IMG/VR virus record: IMGVR_UViG_3300037484_001808
Span: 1 to 41,241 of that record
Reading direction: 5' to 3' (one strand)
Source: a virus
Taxonomy: Duplodnaviria > Caudoviricetes
DNA: 41,241 bases
Part shown: positions 16,979-26,989 of the stretch, in pieces
Numbering within the stretch: position 1 is the first letter of the stretch
Layout: every line of letters begins with the position of its first letter
Made by a program: the position numbers and the translations under genes
The notes under the pieces: generated by a model
Database searches by the model: none
Seen by the model: only the letters and a program-made list of their open reading frames with translations
What the model was told of the DNA's origin: nothing

Positions 16979-19900
16979 TGTCCCTCACTCTCGATCCCGC
17001 ACTGGCCGCAGCCCAGGATTCCCAATCCAGGAAACCGCTGGTGGAAATCATCTCCGGACAGTTGGTCGCCGATATCCCCTTCGACGGCCAGCGCCTGACC
17101 GCCGAGACCACCGAGGAGAAAAGCCCCAATCTGATCCGCCATACCTCCGGCCGCCTGGCCCTGGTTTATTCCTATTCCACGAATGTCATCAAGTACGTTT
17201 ACACCAACGAAGCCCGGACCGTCTTCACCCCGGTCAGCCTGGCGATCGACGGAGGAGAGACCCTCCTCGAAACATCCCTTTGCGAGCTGGCCAACGGGAA
17301 TATCGGGATCGTTTACCGAACCCAGGCAGGAACGTCGCAATATTTGAAACGGAAGATCATCACCATCACCGGGACGGCGGTCTCCTCGGGAACCATCGCC
17401 ACCTACACCGGGTCCCCGATCATGTCCGGCCCCGCCCTCCTCGCCCTGGCCAACGGAACCTTTCTTCTCGCCTATATTCGCCTATCGGCCGGGGAGTATA
17501 AATTTTACAAGCGGACATCTGCCGACTTCTTGACCTGGAGCTCCGCCTCCGAGATCTCCGTTGCCGGCATCGACCAGACCACGGAATGCGGCTATCCCTA
17601 TCTCATGCAGCTCACCACGGGCCAGATCTTGTTCTTTTTCGACGGCTGCGACGGCGGGGAGATTTTCAATATTTTCTATTCCGTCAGCTCGGATAATGGC
17701 GGGACCTGGGGAGGCGCGGTTCATCTGACCAGCTACACGAGTATCGCGGAGCAGGGCCGGCATCCCTGGGCGACCCAGAAGATGGCCGGGCAGATGCACG
17801 TTGTTTTCAATTCGAAACGCGGGGCCCTGCATATCGATGAGACGACGGAAGGATGGTTGGGAGCCGGGGCCTCCGGGACGAACCTGTCCTTCGATGCGGC
17901 CAGCCGGAAGCTCTACGTCACTTCATCCGACGATCCCACGGGCACTTTCAACGGGATCGCCGAAATCGACGTGGATGCCTGGATGGTGACCAACTTCTGG
18001 GACGCCAGCACGACGACTCCCCGATTCAGCGCGGCCATTGATACCCTGTGGGAACGCTTCCATGGCGAAAGCTATCTGATCCCCGTCGGCTCGCGGGGAA
18101 AGAATATCAACGGGTCCGCCGGCGAAGGCTGTCTCATTTCCGTCCTGGATGCCGACGGAAACACGATCACCGATTATGTCTTCGCGGACTGGCCCGCTTA
18201 TTCCCTCGTTAAGAACGTGACCCATTCCCTGGAGGGACTGCTGCAGGCGGCCTGGATTGATTTCTCCACTCGGAGAATGTACGTCCTTTGCTCCACGAAT
18301 GACGGGGTCCATGGTGATTATGTCCATTTCGATGTGGGATGGATCGACCTCACCGACCCGGGGCCCAGCTATACTTGCCATACGCTGATCGCCCCGACTC
18401 ATCTCTGGCATCCCACCCTGGCCGGGGAGATGGGCCTGGCCGTCTATCCCGGCCAGGATCTGATCCTGATCTGGAATGGCTATGACGGGGATCCCTATAA
18501 GAGCGCCCTCGCCGTCTATTCGATGAGCACGGGGGCGATTTACAAAAGCTACGACGTGGATTCGTTTCCGGGCTTCCCCTACCACGGGCCGCATCATGCC
18601 GTTCTGGTGGGCAATAAGATCTATTGCACGTTCGGATACGAGCCTCTGTATGGGGAAGTGGACAAGCGGGGCCTCTGCGAGATCGATATTTCCACCGATG
18701 CGATCGTCTTCTATCGGCCGGACTGGGCTTCGATCGACGAATACGGCCTGAACATGATCGAACCCCTTCCTGATGGGCGACTGCTGATCTCCACCCATGG
18801 CGCGGATGTTTCCGGCGGGGCCGGGGTGACCATCTTTGACCCGCTGACCCAGACGTGGGAGCTTTTCAACAATACCACCCTGCCCGGGTTCTGGCCGGCA
18901 ACCACTCCGGCGCAGAATTATTCCGCGGTCGCCTATGACCCGGTTACCGGTCTCTGTTTTGCCGGCTCACCCTCCAAGTACGGAGTTTCCTGGGGCGGCC
19001 TGACCGCCTTCAGCGAATTCGGTCTGATCCAGCAGGCCTCCTATATGGTCGGGACTTTCGCTGCCGGCGTCTGGACCTGGGGCGCGATGACCGACCTGGT
19101 CCAGGGGTACCTGGATTATGATGCCGCCGTCGTATTCGGCCCGGGCGCGTCCGACGGGATGTATGCCTTCTGGACGCACATGGCCGGGGATGATCTCTCG
19201 ATCAAATGGGACCAGGAGGGGACGACGCTGAATCTAGCTCCCTACCTGGCCAAGGACCGGCCGATCGAGGCGGAATGGTCGATCGACGGGAGTCCCAATA
19301 GCCTCAGCTTTACGGTGTCAGATGGACACCTGTTCGATCCGCATAATAAGAATTCCCTCCTTTCTCCCGTGTTGAAGAAAGGCCGGAAGTTGACGCTTCG
19401 ATTCGGCGAAAACGTGGGGGGAACCGAATATTGGAAGAATCAGGGGACCTCTATTATTACCCCCGGAAAGGGGAAGTATGCTCGCGGCAAGTACCCCGAG
19501 AGGCTGATCACCGCCAAGGACCGCCGGATCCTCTGGGACCAAAAGAAAATCATCGCCACCGCGCCATTCAACACAAACCCGAAGAGCATCCTGACCGACA
19601 TCCTGAAAGACCACCTGAACCTGGCCGATGCCGACCTGGATCTACCGACGTTCGATACCGCGGTCGACCTGACCCATCAGTGGATCGACACCCTGGCAAA
19701 AGACATCATCGAGCAAATCTGCCACCGGTTTGGTTATTTCCCTCATATTTCCGTCGATGGACTGGTCACCGCCCGGAAAATATCCGATTCCAACGAGGTT
19801 GATCACATTTATGCAAATCTAACGAAAGAAATTGAATTTTCCGATGACGACGAATTCTCCACCTTCACAAATCAGGTCATCGTCACGGGTCATGAGAGGA

Positions 19901-20691
19901 CCGAGATCGAGATCCTTTACGGGGAGGAGCTGCTCCAGACCCTGGCCGGGACCATCGGATGGTGGGGGTGCAAGCAAACCTACGATATCAACTATTCCGT
20001 CGACCGTTCAAGGAGGTGCCGGGATCCTCGTCTCAAGATACTTCAAAGTACCAGCTCGATCGGCTTTCAACTGGCCGGGCAGATCCACGAATCCATCACA
20101 TTGGTGGACCCCAATGAGACCTACTGCGTGGTGACGGTCACCGCTCCGAACCTGGTCCCGATTTTAATCTTCGCCATCCCTGAATGGGCGGCGGCGCATT
20201 TTATTCCTGATGCGGTAGCCAGCCTGGGCGCCGGCTGGACCGTTCCGGTAGGACGCGTCATCGAGTCCGTCTGGATGTTCGTCATCATGATGATCATCTC
20301 TGCCGTCGGCAATTTTCAGTACGAAATTTGGGGCCGCCCGGTCGGGAAAATTAAGAGAAGCGTCGAGGGACAGGATAATGATGCGGAGTTTCAGGCAGAG
20401 ATAGGCGAGCCCATTACAACTATAATCGAGGATCCCCTTTGCTACAGCGGTCCGGAGTGCACCCAAGTGGCTAAGCAGGAACTCCTGGTCGCTAGACTGG
20501 AGAGGAGTCGCGTCACATTTTCCAAGATTGCTGACCTGAGAGACGAGGTCGGGGATACCATCCAGGTGAACCATCCCCACACCCAGGCCCCCATGAAAAT
20601 ATTTATAACTGATCTTAAAAGAAGAATGGTCATCCCCTCTGCAGGCCAACCTGGGGAATTCACGGATACGATAAGCGGCTGGGTCTTATGA
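16978..20691 (+). CDS. Large tail tip/hub protein with beta-propeller-like region (BNR/Asp-box)
   Basis: ~1237 aa; SVSSDNGGTW Asp-box; C-terminal EVGDTIQV hub-like motif; ATG 16978 overlaps the upstream TGA. Confidence 0.75.
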   Translation: MSLTLDPALAAAQDSQSRKPLVEIISGQLVADIPFDGQRLTAETTEEKSPNLIRHTSGRLALVYSYSTNVIKYVYTNEARTVFTPVSLAIDGGETLLETSLCELANGNIGIVYRTQAGTSQYLKRKIITITGTAVSSGTIATYTGSPIMSGPALLALANGTFLLAYIRLSAGEYKFYKRTSADFLTWSSASEISVAGIDQTTECGYPYLMQLTTGQILFFFDGCDGGEIFNIFYSVSSDNGGTWGGAVHLTSYTSIAEQGRHPWATQKMAGQMHVVFNSKRGALHIDETTEGWLGAGASGTNLSFDAASRKLYVTSSDDPTGTFNGIAEIDVDAWMVTNFWDASTTTPRFSAAIDTLWERFHGESYLIPVGSRGKNINGSAGEGCLISVLDADGNTITDYVFADWPAYSLVKNVTHSLEGLLQAAWIDFSTRRMYVLCSTNDGVHGDYVHFDVGWIDLTDPGPSYTCHTLIAPTHLWHPTLAGEMGLAVYPGQDLILIWNGYDGDPYKSALAVYSMSTGAIYKSYDVDSFPGFPYHGPHHAVLVGNKIYCTFGYEPLYGEVDKRGLCEIDISTDAIVFYRPDWASIDEYGLNMIEPLPDGRLLISTHGADVSGGAGVTIFDPLTQTWELFNNTTLPGFWPATTPAQNYSAVAYDPVTGLCFAGSPSKYGVSWGGLTAFSEFGLIQQASYMVGTFAAGVWTWGAMTDLVQGYLDYDAAVVFGPGASDGMYAFWTHMAGDDLSIKWDQEGTTLNLAPYLAKDRPIEAEWSIDGSPNSLSFTVSDGHLFDPHNKNSLLSPVLKKGRKLTLRFGENVGGTEYWKNQGTSIITPGKGKYARGKYPERLITAKDRRILWDQKKIIATAPFNTNPKSILTDILKDHLNLADADLDLPTFDTAVDLTHQWIDTLAKDIIEQICHRFGYFPHISVDGLVTARKISDSNEVDHIYANLTKEIEFSDDDEFSTFTNQVIVTGHERTEIEILYGEELLQTLAGTIGWWGCKQTYDINYSVDRSRRCRDPRLKILQSTSSIGFQLAGQIHESITLVDPNETYCVVTVTAPNLVPILIFAIPEWAAAHFIPDAVASLGAGWTVPVGRVIESVWMFVIMMIISAVGNFQYEIWGRPVGKIKRSVEGQDNDAEFQAEIGEPITTIIEDPLCYSGPECTQVAKQELLVARLERSRVTFSKIADLRDEVGDTIQVNHPHTQAPMKIFITDLKRRMVIPSAGQPGEFTDTISGWVL

Positions 20692-21791
20692 AACTTTACG
20701 GAAAGAGGTTTCTGAAAAATTCAACCCTTCGGCAGATCTCCGGCCACACGGAGACCCGGGACGCCATTCTCTGGGATGTCCTCCCGGCCCAGAGAATCTG
20801 CCGGGTGAAGATCCAGGGGTCCGGCCAGCTGATCAACGCCTATTATCCCCTGAATTGGGAAGTGACCCCATCCTGGCTTAAGCCCGGGAACGCGGTCCGG
20901 ATCACTCACACAGGGGGAATCCGGGGGCGGATCGAGCTGGCGGGGCATGGGACCTACATCCCGACTCCCGTGTCGGGGGACACGTTTCCCCCGGTGGCCG
21001 TGGGGGAGGACGGCATCATCACCGGCTGCGAGGTCATGCAGCTATTCCCAACTCCGGGGATGATGGTCTCGATCCTTGCTGGGTCGTACCGGATCGACGG
21101 AACGATCTACTACCTGGGCGCCTTCGGGGGCGCGACCGGATATATCCCGATGGGCAACCCCGGGGCCATGGAAATGGGAGTCGGCCTGGCCATGGGGGAC
21201 CTGGTCGCCACCGGGATCGCCATCGATGCGGCGCCGACGACGCCCGGGCACTTCCGGTATGACAAAATCTGCGTGGGCATCGACGGGGTCCTGGACTATG
21301 TGAAGGGAACCGAATTCACTGCAATTCCCGTTTACCCGGAGACGCCGGCGGCCCATCTTTCCCTGGCCACCATCCTGACTTATTACGGGATCACGGCGAT
21401 CACCCAGGCCCTGATCAACCGCGTCTGGGAGACCCGCAAGGCCTCGGCGGTCACCGTGGTGCCGGCGGACGCGGACCTGGCCTGGGCGGAAGAATCGACC
21501 AACGTCGTTGTGACCTTCCTGGACCAGTACAATCAGCCGCTCGCGCCGATCGGGCCCTATTATTCTGTAACCATCAGCTTTACTTATGGAACGGGAACTT
21601 GGGGAAGCGCGGAACCGGGAATCCCTTATACATCGGATTACGGAACCGACCATGCGGACATCACCTATACCAGGAATAAGCTGGTCACGGAGCACAGCCC
21701 GATTCTCAGGGCGGACCTTTATGGAAACAATCCCATTTTTGGAATCGGGATGGTCACCCTGAGGGATATCGGCGGGAACCCCTTGTATTGA
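20688..21791 (+). CDS. Tail-associated protein (N-terminal OB-like spike domain)
   Basis: Coupled to the tail tip gene; CRVKIQG..WLKPGNAVRI; beta-rich. Confidence 0.6.
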   Translation: MKLYGKRFLKNSTLRQISGHTETRDAILWDVLPAQRICRVKIQGSGQLINAYYPLNWEVTPSWLKPGNAVRITHTGGIRGRIELAGHGTYIPTPVSGDTFPPVAVGEDGIITGCEVMQLFPTPGMMVSILAGSYRIDGTIYYLGAFGGATGYIPMGNPGAMEMGVGLAMGDLVATGIAIDAAPTTPGHFRYDKICVGIDGVLDYVKGTEFTAIPVYPETPAAHLSLATILTYYGITAITQALINRVWETRKASAVTVVPADADLAWAEESTNVVVTFLDQYNQPLAPIGPYYSVTISFTYGTGTWGSAEPGIPYTSDYGTDHADITYTRNKLVTEHSPILRADLYGNNPIFGIGMVTLRDIGGNPLY

Positions 21792-21804
21792 GGAAACAGA
21801 ACAT

Positions 21805-22005
21805 ATGGAAAGGCTGCTGCAAGAGATTCGGGACATCATGGCGGAGATCCGGGACCTCCTCAAGGAAGACCGCGAATTCCGCAAATCGGCCATGGAGGAC
21901 GCGCAGAAGAGAGCAGCTGAATCCAGCAAGATGATGGAACAGGTCCTCGGGGGCGCCAGCCCCCAGATTCGGACCATGTTCGATCCTCTGAGGAGGAAAC
22001 TGTAA
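21805..22005 (+). CDS. Small helical hypothetical protein
   Basis: GAGGA SD; coupled to the next gene (TAATG). Confidence 0.6.
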   Translation: MERLLQEIRDIMAEIRDLLKEDREFRKSAMEDAQKRAAESSKMMEQVLGGASPQIRTMFDPLRRKL

Positions 22006-22424
22006 TGACCACCAACTATCACACACCCTGGATCGACAAACCGGCCACTGGGTTTACCGTTTTTACCGCGGCCTCTATGAATCCTGCGCTCGGCGAGCTG
22101 GACGCCGTTCTGACATGGCTTCTCACTCCCAAGACGGTGACCTCCGGGGCGGCGATAACGATCGCCTGGGCTGATGCCGCCGTGCAGTTCCTGGACCTGG
22201 CCCATGATCCGACATTCACCTTTTCCGGAGGCGTCGCCGGCCGGAAATACGTCCTGGCGATCAAAGGCAATGATCATATCCCCGTCTGGCCCGGGACCGT
22301 CCGGTATGGAGACGACCTGACCTCCATAGTGCTCTCCGCGGGGGCCACCTGGACTTACCTGGGGTTCATCTACAACGGCGTGGACAATAAATACGAGCTC
22401 GTGAGCGTGGTGAAAGGATTCTAA
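22005..22424 (+). CDS. Tail fibre-associated protein
   Basis: TFTFSGG..YVLAIK..VWPGTVRY beta-sandwich typical of fibre modules. Confidence 0.6.
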   Translation: MTTNYHTPWIDKPATGFTVFTAASMNPALGELDAVLTWLLTPKTVTSGAAITIAWADAAVQFLDLAHDPTFTFSGGVAGRKYVLAIKGNDHIPVWPGTVRYGDDLTSIVLSAGATWTYLGFIYNGVDNKYELVSVVKGF

Positions 22425-22426
22425 TT

Positions 22427-23959
22427 ATGTCGACCTGGAGAGTAAATAATTCCGCCCTTCTGGGCGGTGAGATATGCGCGCAATGGGCGCCCGGCCATGC
22501 GTATTCCCTCGGGGCCAGGGTGGTCTGCCGGGTGGCCTATGGGACCCAGGCCAGGCGGGCGTTCGTTTATGAGTGCACGACCGCCGGCACCAGTCATGGA
22601 AGCACCGAGCCCACGTGGCCCACGTCCGGGACGGTGGCGGATAACGATATCGTCTGGACCACCAGGAACCCGAATGACGGAGATTGGAACAACGCATCCT
22701 GCATTTTGCACTACGTCCTGAATCACGCCGCCGTCGCCGCCGGCGATTTCGTTTACATCGACGATGGGCATTCGGAATCCTTGCAGAACATCAGACCATA
22801 TATCATCCTGGGGTCCGCCACGGTGAACAACCCGGTCAAGATCCTCTGCGTGGACAAGGCTACCGACGCCCTATCCACCGGGGCCGTCGTTAAAAATAAC
22901 GATGCCAATGATAACATGAGTTTCCAAAAATCCTTTTATTCCTACGGGGTGACCTACGAGACAGTCTCAAATTTGAGCATCGGGACAAACGCTGGGGCTA
23001 TTATTGAAGGGAATGGGTCAACTACCCTGATCAGATTATCCGCCACCTCGACCAAGTGGATCTCTCCCGGGAATGCGAGTGTCACGCTCCACATCCTAAA
23101 CGGGAATGTTGAGCTCAATAATATCGCCATGTACTTCTCTTTCCAGGCTCATGGCTATATTTGTTGGAAAAACGGTGCCCTAATTGCCCCAAACGGTGTC
23201 ACGAAGCTTATTGATTTGAATGGTGCCTTCCCCCGGAACATGGACATTATCTGCGTCGATTTGAGTGACGTGGGCGCGGGGGCGACCGCGACCAGCCTTC
23301 TCGACAATGGCGATGATCAGATCAACAACATAAATATCCTTCGATGCAAATTGCCTTCGGACGCCGGATTCACGATCACCACAGGGGCCCTGAGCATCCC
23401 GGGCAACAGACCGTTTCGCGTGCATCACTGCTCATCGGCAGATAAATATTATGATTTCTTCGAGGAGTCATGGGAAGGCTCGGTCCAGGATGAGACGACG
23501 ATCGTCCGGACCGGGGGCGCGTCCGACGGAACCACACCACAGGCATGGAAGATGATTTCCAGTGCCAATGCGCTGGACAATTATCGGCCGCTGAAAAGCC
23601 CCCCCGTGACGGTCTGGAACGCCGCCGCGAGCTCAAAAACTATTACCATCGAATGCCTCCTGGATTCAGCCACCAATCCGCAGAACGATGAAGTCTGGAT
23701 GGAGTTGGAGTACCCGGCGGACAATACTTCCGGCCTTGGGGCGATCGCCAGAGACAAGTGCGCGATCCTCGGGGCCCCGGCTGATAAATCCGCCGGCGTC
23801 GGGGCCGGAAACTGGACCACGACCGGGTTAACGAATCCGAATTCCTTCAAATGCGCGGTCACCGTGACGCCAGGGAAAGCGGGCCCCGTGACAGCCCGGA
23901 TCTGCCTGGCAAAGGCGTCGACGACGATATACGTGGACCCGCTGATCACGATTTCTTAG
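22427..23959 (+). CDS. Putative tail fibre / receptor-binding protein
   Basis: N-terminal WAPGHAYSLG..YECTTAGTS..EPTWP carbohydrate-binding-like motif; Asn-rich, lower-GC beta-helix-like middle. Confidence 0.65.
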   Translation: MSTWRVNNSALLGGEICAQWAPGHAYSLGARVVCRVAYGTQARRAFVYECTTAGTSHGSTEPTWPTSGTVADNDIVWTTRNPNDGDWNNASCILHYVLNHAAVAAGDFVYIDDGHSESLQNIRPYIILGSATVNNPVKILCVDKATDALSTGAVVKNNDANDNMSFQKSFYSYGVTYETVSNLSIGTNAGAIIEGNGSTTLIRLSATSTKWISPGNASVTLHILNGNVELNNIAMYFSFQAHGYICWKNGALIAPNGVTKLIDLNGAFPRNMDIICVDLSDVGAGATATSLLDNGDDQINNINILRCKLPSDAGFTITTGALSIPGNRPFRVHHCSSADKYYDFFEESWEGSVQDETTIVRTGGASDGTTPQAWKMISSANALDNYRPLKSPPVTVWNAAASSKTITIECLLDSATNPQNDEVWMELEYPADNTSGLGAIARDKCAILGAPADKSAGVGAGNWTTTGLTNPNSFKCAVTVTPGKAGPVTARICLAKASTTIYVDPLITIS

Positions 23960-23966
23960 GAGAGGT

Positions 23967-24248
23967 ATGGCCAAGCAGTGGTTCTTGCCCGGGATCGGGA
24001 TGGTCGGTGAAGACGGGACCGATGAGTTTTTCATTCCCGGGTACGGCATGCTCGACAATGCCGAGACCGTTCCCGCGACGGACCTGGTCATCAACAATCT
24101 GGAAGTTGTAACGGAGATAGCCAATCTCGCCCTGGTGGCCGGCGCCGTCCTGACCGTCCAGAACCTTGAAGTGGCCACGGAGATCCAGGGGCCGATCTCC
24201 CTGGACTATCATCCCGCCGGCGGCAGGATGTTTCTGACGTTCTATTAG
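23967..24248 (+). CDS. Hypothetical tail-module protein
   Basis: GGAGAGG SD; internal repeat NLEV(V/A)TEI. Confidence 0.6.
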   Translation: MAKQWFLPGIGMVGEDGTDEFFIPGYGMLDNAETVPATDLVINNLEVVTEIANLALVAGAVLTVQNLEVATEIQGPISLDYHPAGGRMFLTFY

Positions 24249-24258
24249 GAGGATCCCG

Positions 24259-24417
24259 ATGGAAAGAGAAATCCTGATCAGGAAAATGGTAAAGGCCCTC
24301 AGGGAGAAAGACAGTCGCCGACTGGGCGCCCTGGCCAGGCTCTACCTGGAACCGCTCGATAAAAAGGAATTGGAATCGATCGACCGGGAAGTGAAAAGGA
24401 GGCTGAAAAATGGGTAA
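24259..24417 (+). CDS. Small hypothetical protein (52 aa, not in ORF track)
   Basis: AGGAGG SD; MEREILIRKMVKALREKDSRRLG...; fills the gap between neighbours. Confidence 0.55.
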   Translation: MEREILIRKMVKALREKDSRRLGALARLYLEPLDKKELESIDREVKRRLKNG

Positions 24418-24784
24418 AGCAATTCCCGATGCGGAACTCGACCTGCTGGCCGACGACCTGATCGCCAACGGAGATGAGATGGTCGCCTGCTCGGACCCGC
24501 CGGCCACATATACCGAGGCGCATGCGACCTATATGTTGGCCCACGTGGCCCTGGCCGGAGGGGATTACACCAAGGCCGCCGGAGCCACGGATGGGAGAAA
24601 GGTGACCATAGCCGCGAAAGAAGGAGTATCCGTTACCAATCCGGGGATTGCCACCCATGTGGCCATCGTCGACACGGTGGCGGAAGTTCTGAAGGCGGTC
24701 ACGACATGTAATTCACAGGCGCTTGCCGCCGGGGGAACCGTCGATTTTCCTGCATGGACGCTCACTTTGCGGGATCCCACTTAG
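24410..24784 (+). CDS. Conserved tail-associated protein
   Basis: AGGAGG SD; DGRKVTIAA..GIATHVAIVD..GGTVDFPAW motif common in phage tail regions. Confidence 0.7.
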   Translation: MGKAIPDAELDLLADDLIANGDEMVACSDPPATYTEAHATYMLAHVALAGGDYTKAAGATDGRKVTIAAKEGVSVTNPGIATHVAIVDTVAEVLKAVTTCNSQALAAGGTVDFPAWTLTLRDPT

Positions 24785-24799
24785 AAGGGAGAATCACGA

Positions 24800-25108
24800 T
24801 TGAAGAAACCATGGATCCTGATTCTTGCAATCCCCGCCTGGGCGGGCCTGGCCTTCAGCCAGACAAAGAGCGCACCGGCTGGCGCGCCATCCTGGGGGGA
24901 GCACCTCGACCTGGTACAGATCCTGATCGCCGCTCTCTTCAGCATCGTATCCTGGCTCATCATCCGGACCCTGAACAAGATCGACCGGAACCAGACGAGG
25001 ATGTTTGACCGCCTGGAGAAGCTGGAAAAGGAATTCAGCGAACTCAAGGGGGAGCATAACGCTCTCGCCGGCAGCCATTTCGGGCGAAGGAAAGACGACC
25101 GCAAATAG
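24800..25108 (+). CDS. Membrane protein with coiled coil (holin/antiholin/i-spanin candidate)
   Basis: Signal-like N-terminus, one TM helix, coiled coil and basic tail; precedes the endolysin candidate. Confidence 0.55.
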   Translation: MKKPWILILAIPAWAGLAFSQTKSAPAGAPSWGEHLDLVQILIAALFSIVSWLIIRTLNKIDRNQTRMFDRLEKLEKEFSELKGEHNALAGSHFGRRKDDRK

Positions 25109-25117
25109 GGGTTGAAT

Positions 25118-25510
25118 ATGGATCTGGTTCTCGAACGAACGGTCTTCACCAAAGAAAGCACGATCGGGCCCATGATCATTGATCGGGAGTTCGAGTGTTT
25201 CATCCTTGAGCCTCCCTGGCGGGGGAATCAACCGAATTTATCCTGCATTCCGCCCGGGCGATATCGAATCACCCTTTGGCTTTCGCCGTCTCGCGGCTAC
25301 GTCGTCCCGCTGCTTCATAGAGTCCCGGACCGGAAGGAGATCGAAATCCATATTGGCAACTGGCCCCAGGATACCAAGGGGTGCCTGCTCCCCGGCCGAG
25401 TCGCCGGCGCGGACTATGTCGCCCGGTCCGCCCTGGCTTTCAATCTCCTGGTCACACGGATAAAAAGCGCGATCGACCAGGGCGAAGAGGTCTGGATTGA
25501 AATCCATTGA
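25118..25510 (+). CDS. DUF5675-like putative endolysin (L,D-transpeptidase-like)
   Basis: STIG, LEPPW, SCIPPGRY and IEIHIGN..DTKGCLLPG (His/Cys) motifs. Confidence 0.8.
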   Translation: MDLVLERTVFTKESTIGPMIIDREFECFILEPPWRGNQPNLSCIPPGRYRITLWLSPSRGYVVPLLHRVPDRKEIEIHIGNWPQDTKGCLLPGRVAGADYVARSALAFNLLVTRIKSAIDQGEEVWIEIH

Positions 25511-25595
25511 CGCCCCCCATTTTATCTGCACGCGGAACCTGGCCGAATCACGGGGGATCGTTCCCTTCTGCAAATGTCCAAAATGCAATTCGAAT

Positions 25596-25622
25596 GGTAG
25601 GGACGGCTCGCCGAGCCGTCTG
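25596..25622 (+). repeat. GTAG-type REP-like palindrome, copy 1
   Basis: GGTAGGGACGGCTCGCCGAGCCGTCTG, identical to 26459-26485. Confidence 0.75.
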
Positions 25623-25653
25623 GATCAAAATAAAAACAAGGAGGACCCCAAAA

Positions 25654-26124
25654 ATGAAAACTTCCCGTTTCAAATCCATTCTCCTCGCTCTAATCTTGCT
25701 GCTTCTTCTCCCCGCCCTTGCCCCGGCCCAGACGTGGTACTCGGCCAACCAGCGGACAGTGGCCTGGGATCCGGTGACAACGGACGATGCGGGGGTCCCG
25801 CTGCCGGCGGGATCTGTGAATTACAAGATCTTTTATAAATTGGTGGTGGTTCCGGAACCTGTCTTCATCTCGGAAATAGCGACCAATCAGGTCACTATTA
25901 CCTTCCCGAATGAAGGGAGTTATTTCGTCGGGGTCAGCAGCGTCCGGAAGGAGGGACAAACGGTTGTGGCGGAAAGTATTCCTGCCTGGAGCGACAATCC
26001 CACATATTGCGAAGATGGTCGAACTTTCGGGATCCGTTTTTATAGGTTTCCCGGAACTCCCAGAAATTTACATCCCGTTGTTTCAGATGTCCAAATACCA
26101 CTTCGGCTTCCGAAAGTGGGATAA
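25654..26124 (+). CDS. Secreted fibronectin type III-like protein
   Basis: AAGGAGG SD; Sec-type signal peptide (..PALAPA/Q); TVAWDP..YKIFY..GSYFVGVS FN3 pattern. Confidence 0.75.
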   Translation: MKTSRFKSILLALILLLLLPALAPAQTWYSANQRTVAWDPVTTDDAGVPLPAGSVNYKIFYKLVVVPEPVFISEIATNQVTITFPNEGSYFVGVSSVRKEGQTVVAESIPAWSDNPTYCEDGRTFGIRFYRFPGTPRNLHPVVSDVQIPLRLPKVG

Positions 26125-26136
26125 AAAGGAGACCCC

Positions 26137-26463
26137 ATGGAGCTCACCACCATCGCCGGTTTCGCCGCCGGCCCATTCCTGACCATTTTTTTGGGTTGGT
26201 TATTTACCATCCTCGCCCGGGCCTTCTATGGCGACTGGGACCAGGCCCTGATCCCCAACGGGGCCAAGCTGACAATCGCCCCCCTGATCGGGATCGCCCT
26301 GGGAATCCTCGCCATGCACGCCGACACGATCCTCCTGAGCACCCCGCTGCAGATCAACATCGTGAGCTGGATCAAATACTGCATGGCCGGCTTCCTCCTC
26401 GGCGCCGTGGCCATCGGCCTAAACGAGATGCGCTCCGGAGGCAGATCCCCCGGTCCAAGGTAG
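26137..26463 (+). CDS. Putative holin (3 TM)
   Basis: Three hydrophobic segments and a charged C-terminus; lysis cassette; AAGGAG SD. Confidence 0.65.
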   Translation: MELTTIAGFAAGPFLTIFLGWLFTILARAFYGDWDQALIPNGAKLTIAPLIGIALGILAMHADTILLSTPLQINIVSWIKYCMAGFLLGAVAIGLNEMRSGGRSPGPR

Positions 26464-26485
26464 GGACGGCTCGCCGAGCCGTCTG
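26459..26485 (+). repeat. GTAG-type REP-like palindrome, copy 2
   Basis: Identical to 25596-25622; its TAG is the holin stop codon. Confidence 0.75.
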
Positions 26486-26509
26486 AATAAAAAAAAGAAA
26501 GGAGCCCGC

Positions 26510-26989
26510 ATGAAAAGATTCAAGCCAGCAATCCTCATCTTCCTGGCCATCGCCGCGATGGCGCTCTCGGGATGTGCGCTTTTCCAGAAGCCCCCGGTCA
26601 ATCCGGACGAGAAAACCGCATGGATCGAGAAATCCCAGGCGGCCCTCGACCAGGCCGACCTGGGGGAATCCGCCGCCTTCATCTTCTTCGGCTCCGCCTG
26701 CGCCGCCAAGCAGATCGACGCCAGGACCTGCGCCGCGGTGGGTGTGGCCGACCAGGAATGGAAGAAAAATTATGGGATAGCCCAGGACTCCCTGGCCAAG
26801 TACAAGACCGGGGAGATAACTCAGGCGGAGGCCCAGCGCCTCCTCGACAAGACCCTCCTTGAATCCCTAAAAAACGTCATGGCCGCCCTCATGCCGGCAA
26901 ACCGGATGATCCAGGAGCGGGCGGTCAAGGCCAGGTCGGGAGACCTCGGCGTTCCTACGGGGCAGACAAAGGAACCACCGAAAAAGTGA
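26510..26989 (+). CDS. Lipoprotein (spanin candidate)
   Basis: Lipobox LSG/C after the signal peptide; helical; last gene of the late operon. Confidence 0.7.
   Translation: MKRFKPAILIFLAIAAMALSGCALFQKPPVNPDEKTAWIEKSQAALDQADLGESAAFIFFGSACAAKQIDARTCAAVGVADQEWKKNYGIAQDSLAKYKTGEITQAEAQRLLDKTLLESLKNVMAALMPANRMIQERAVKARSGDLGVPTGQTKEPPKK

Noticed and set aside
20688-24784. Diversity-generating retroelement or invertible tail-fibre cassette
   Set aside because: No reverse transcriptase or invertase gene, and no template/variable repeat pair noticed
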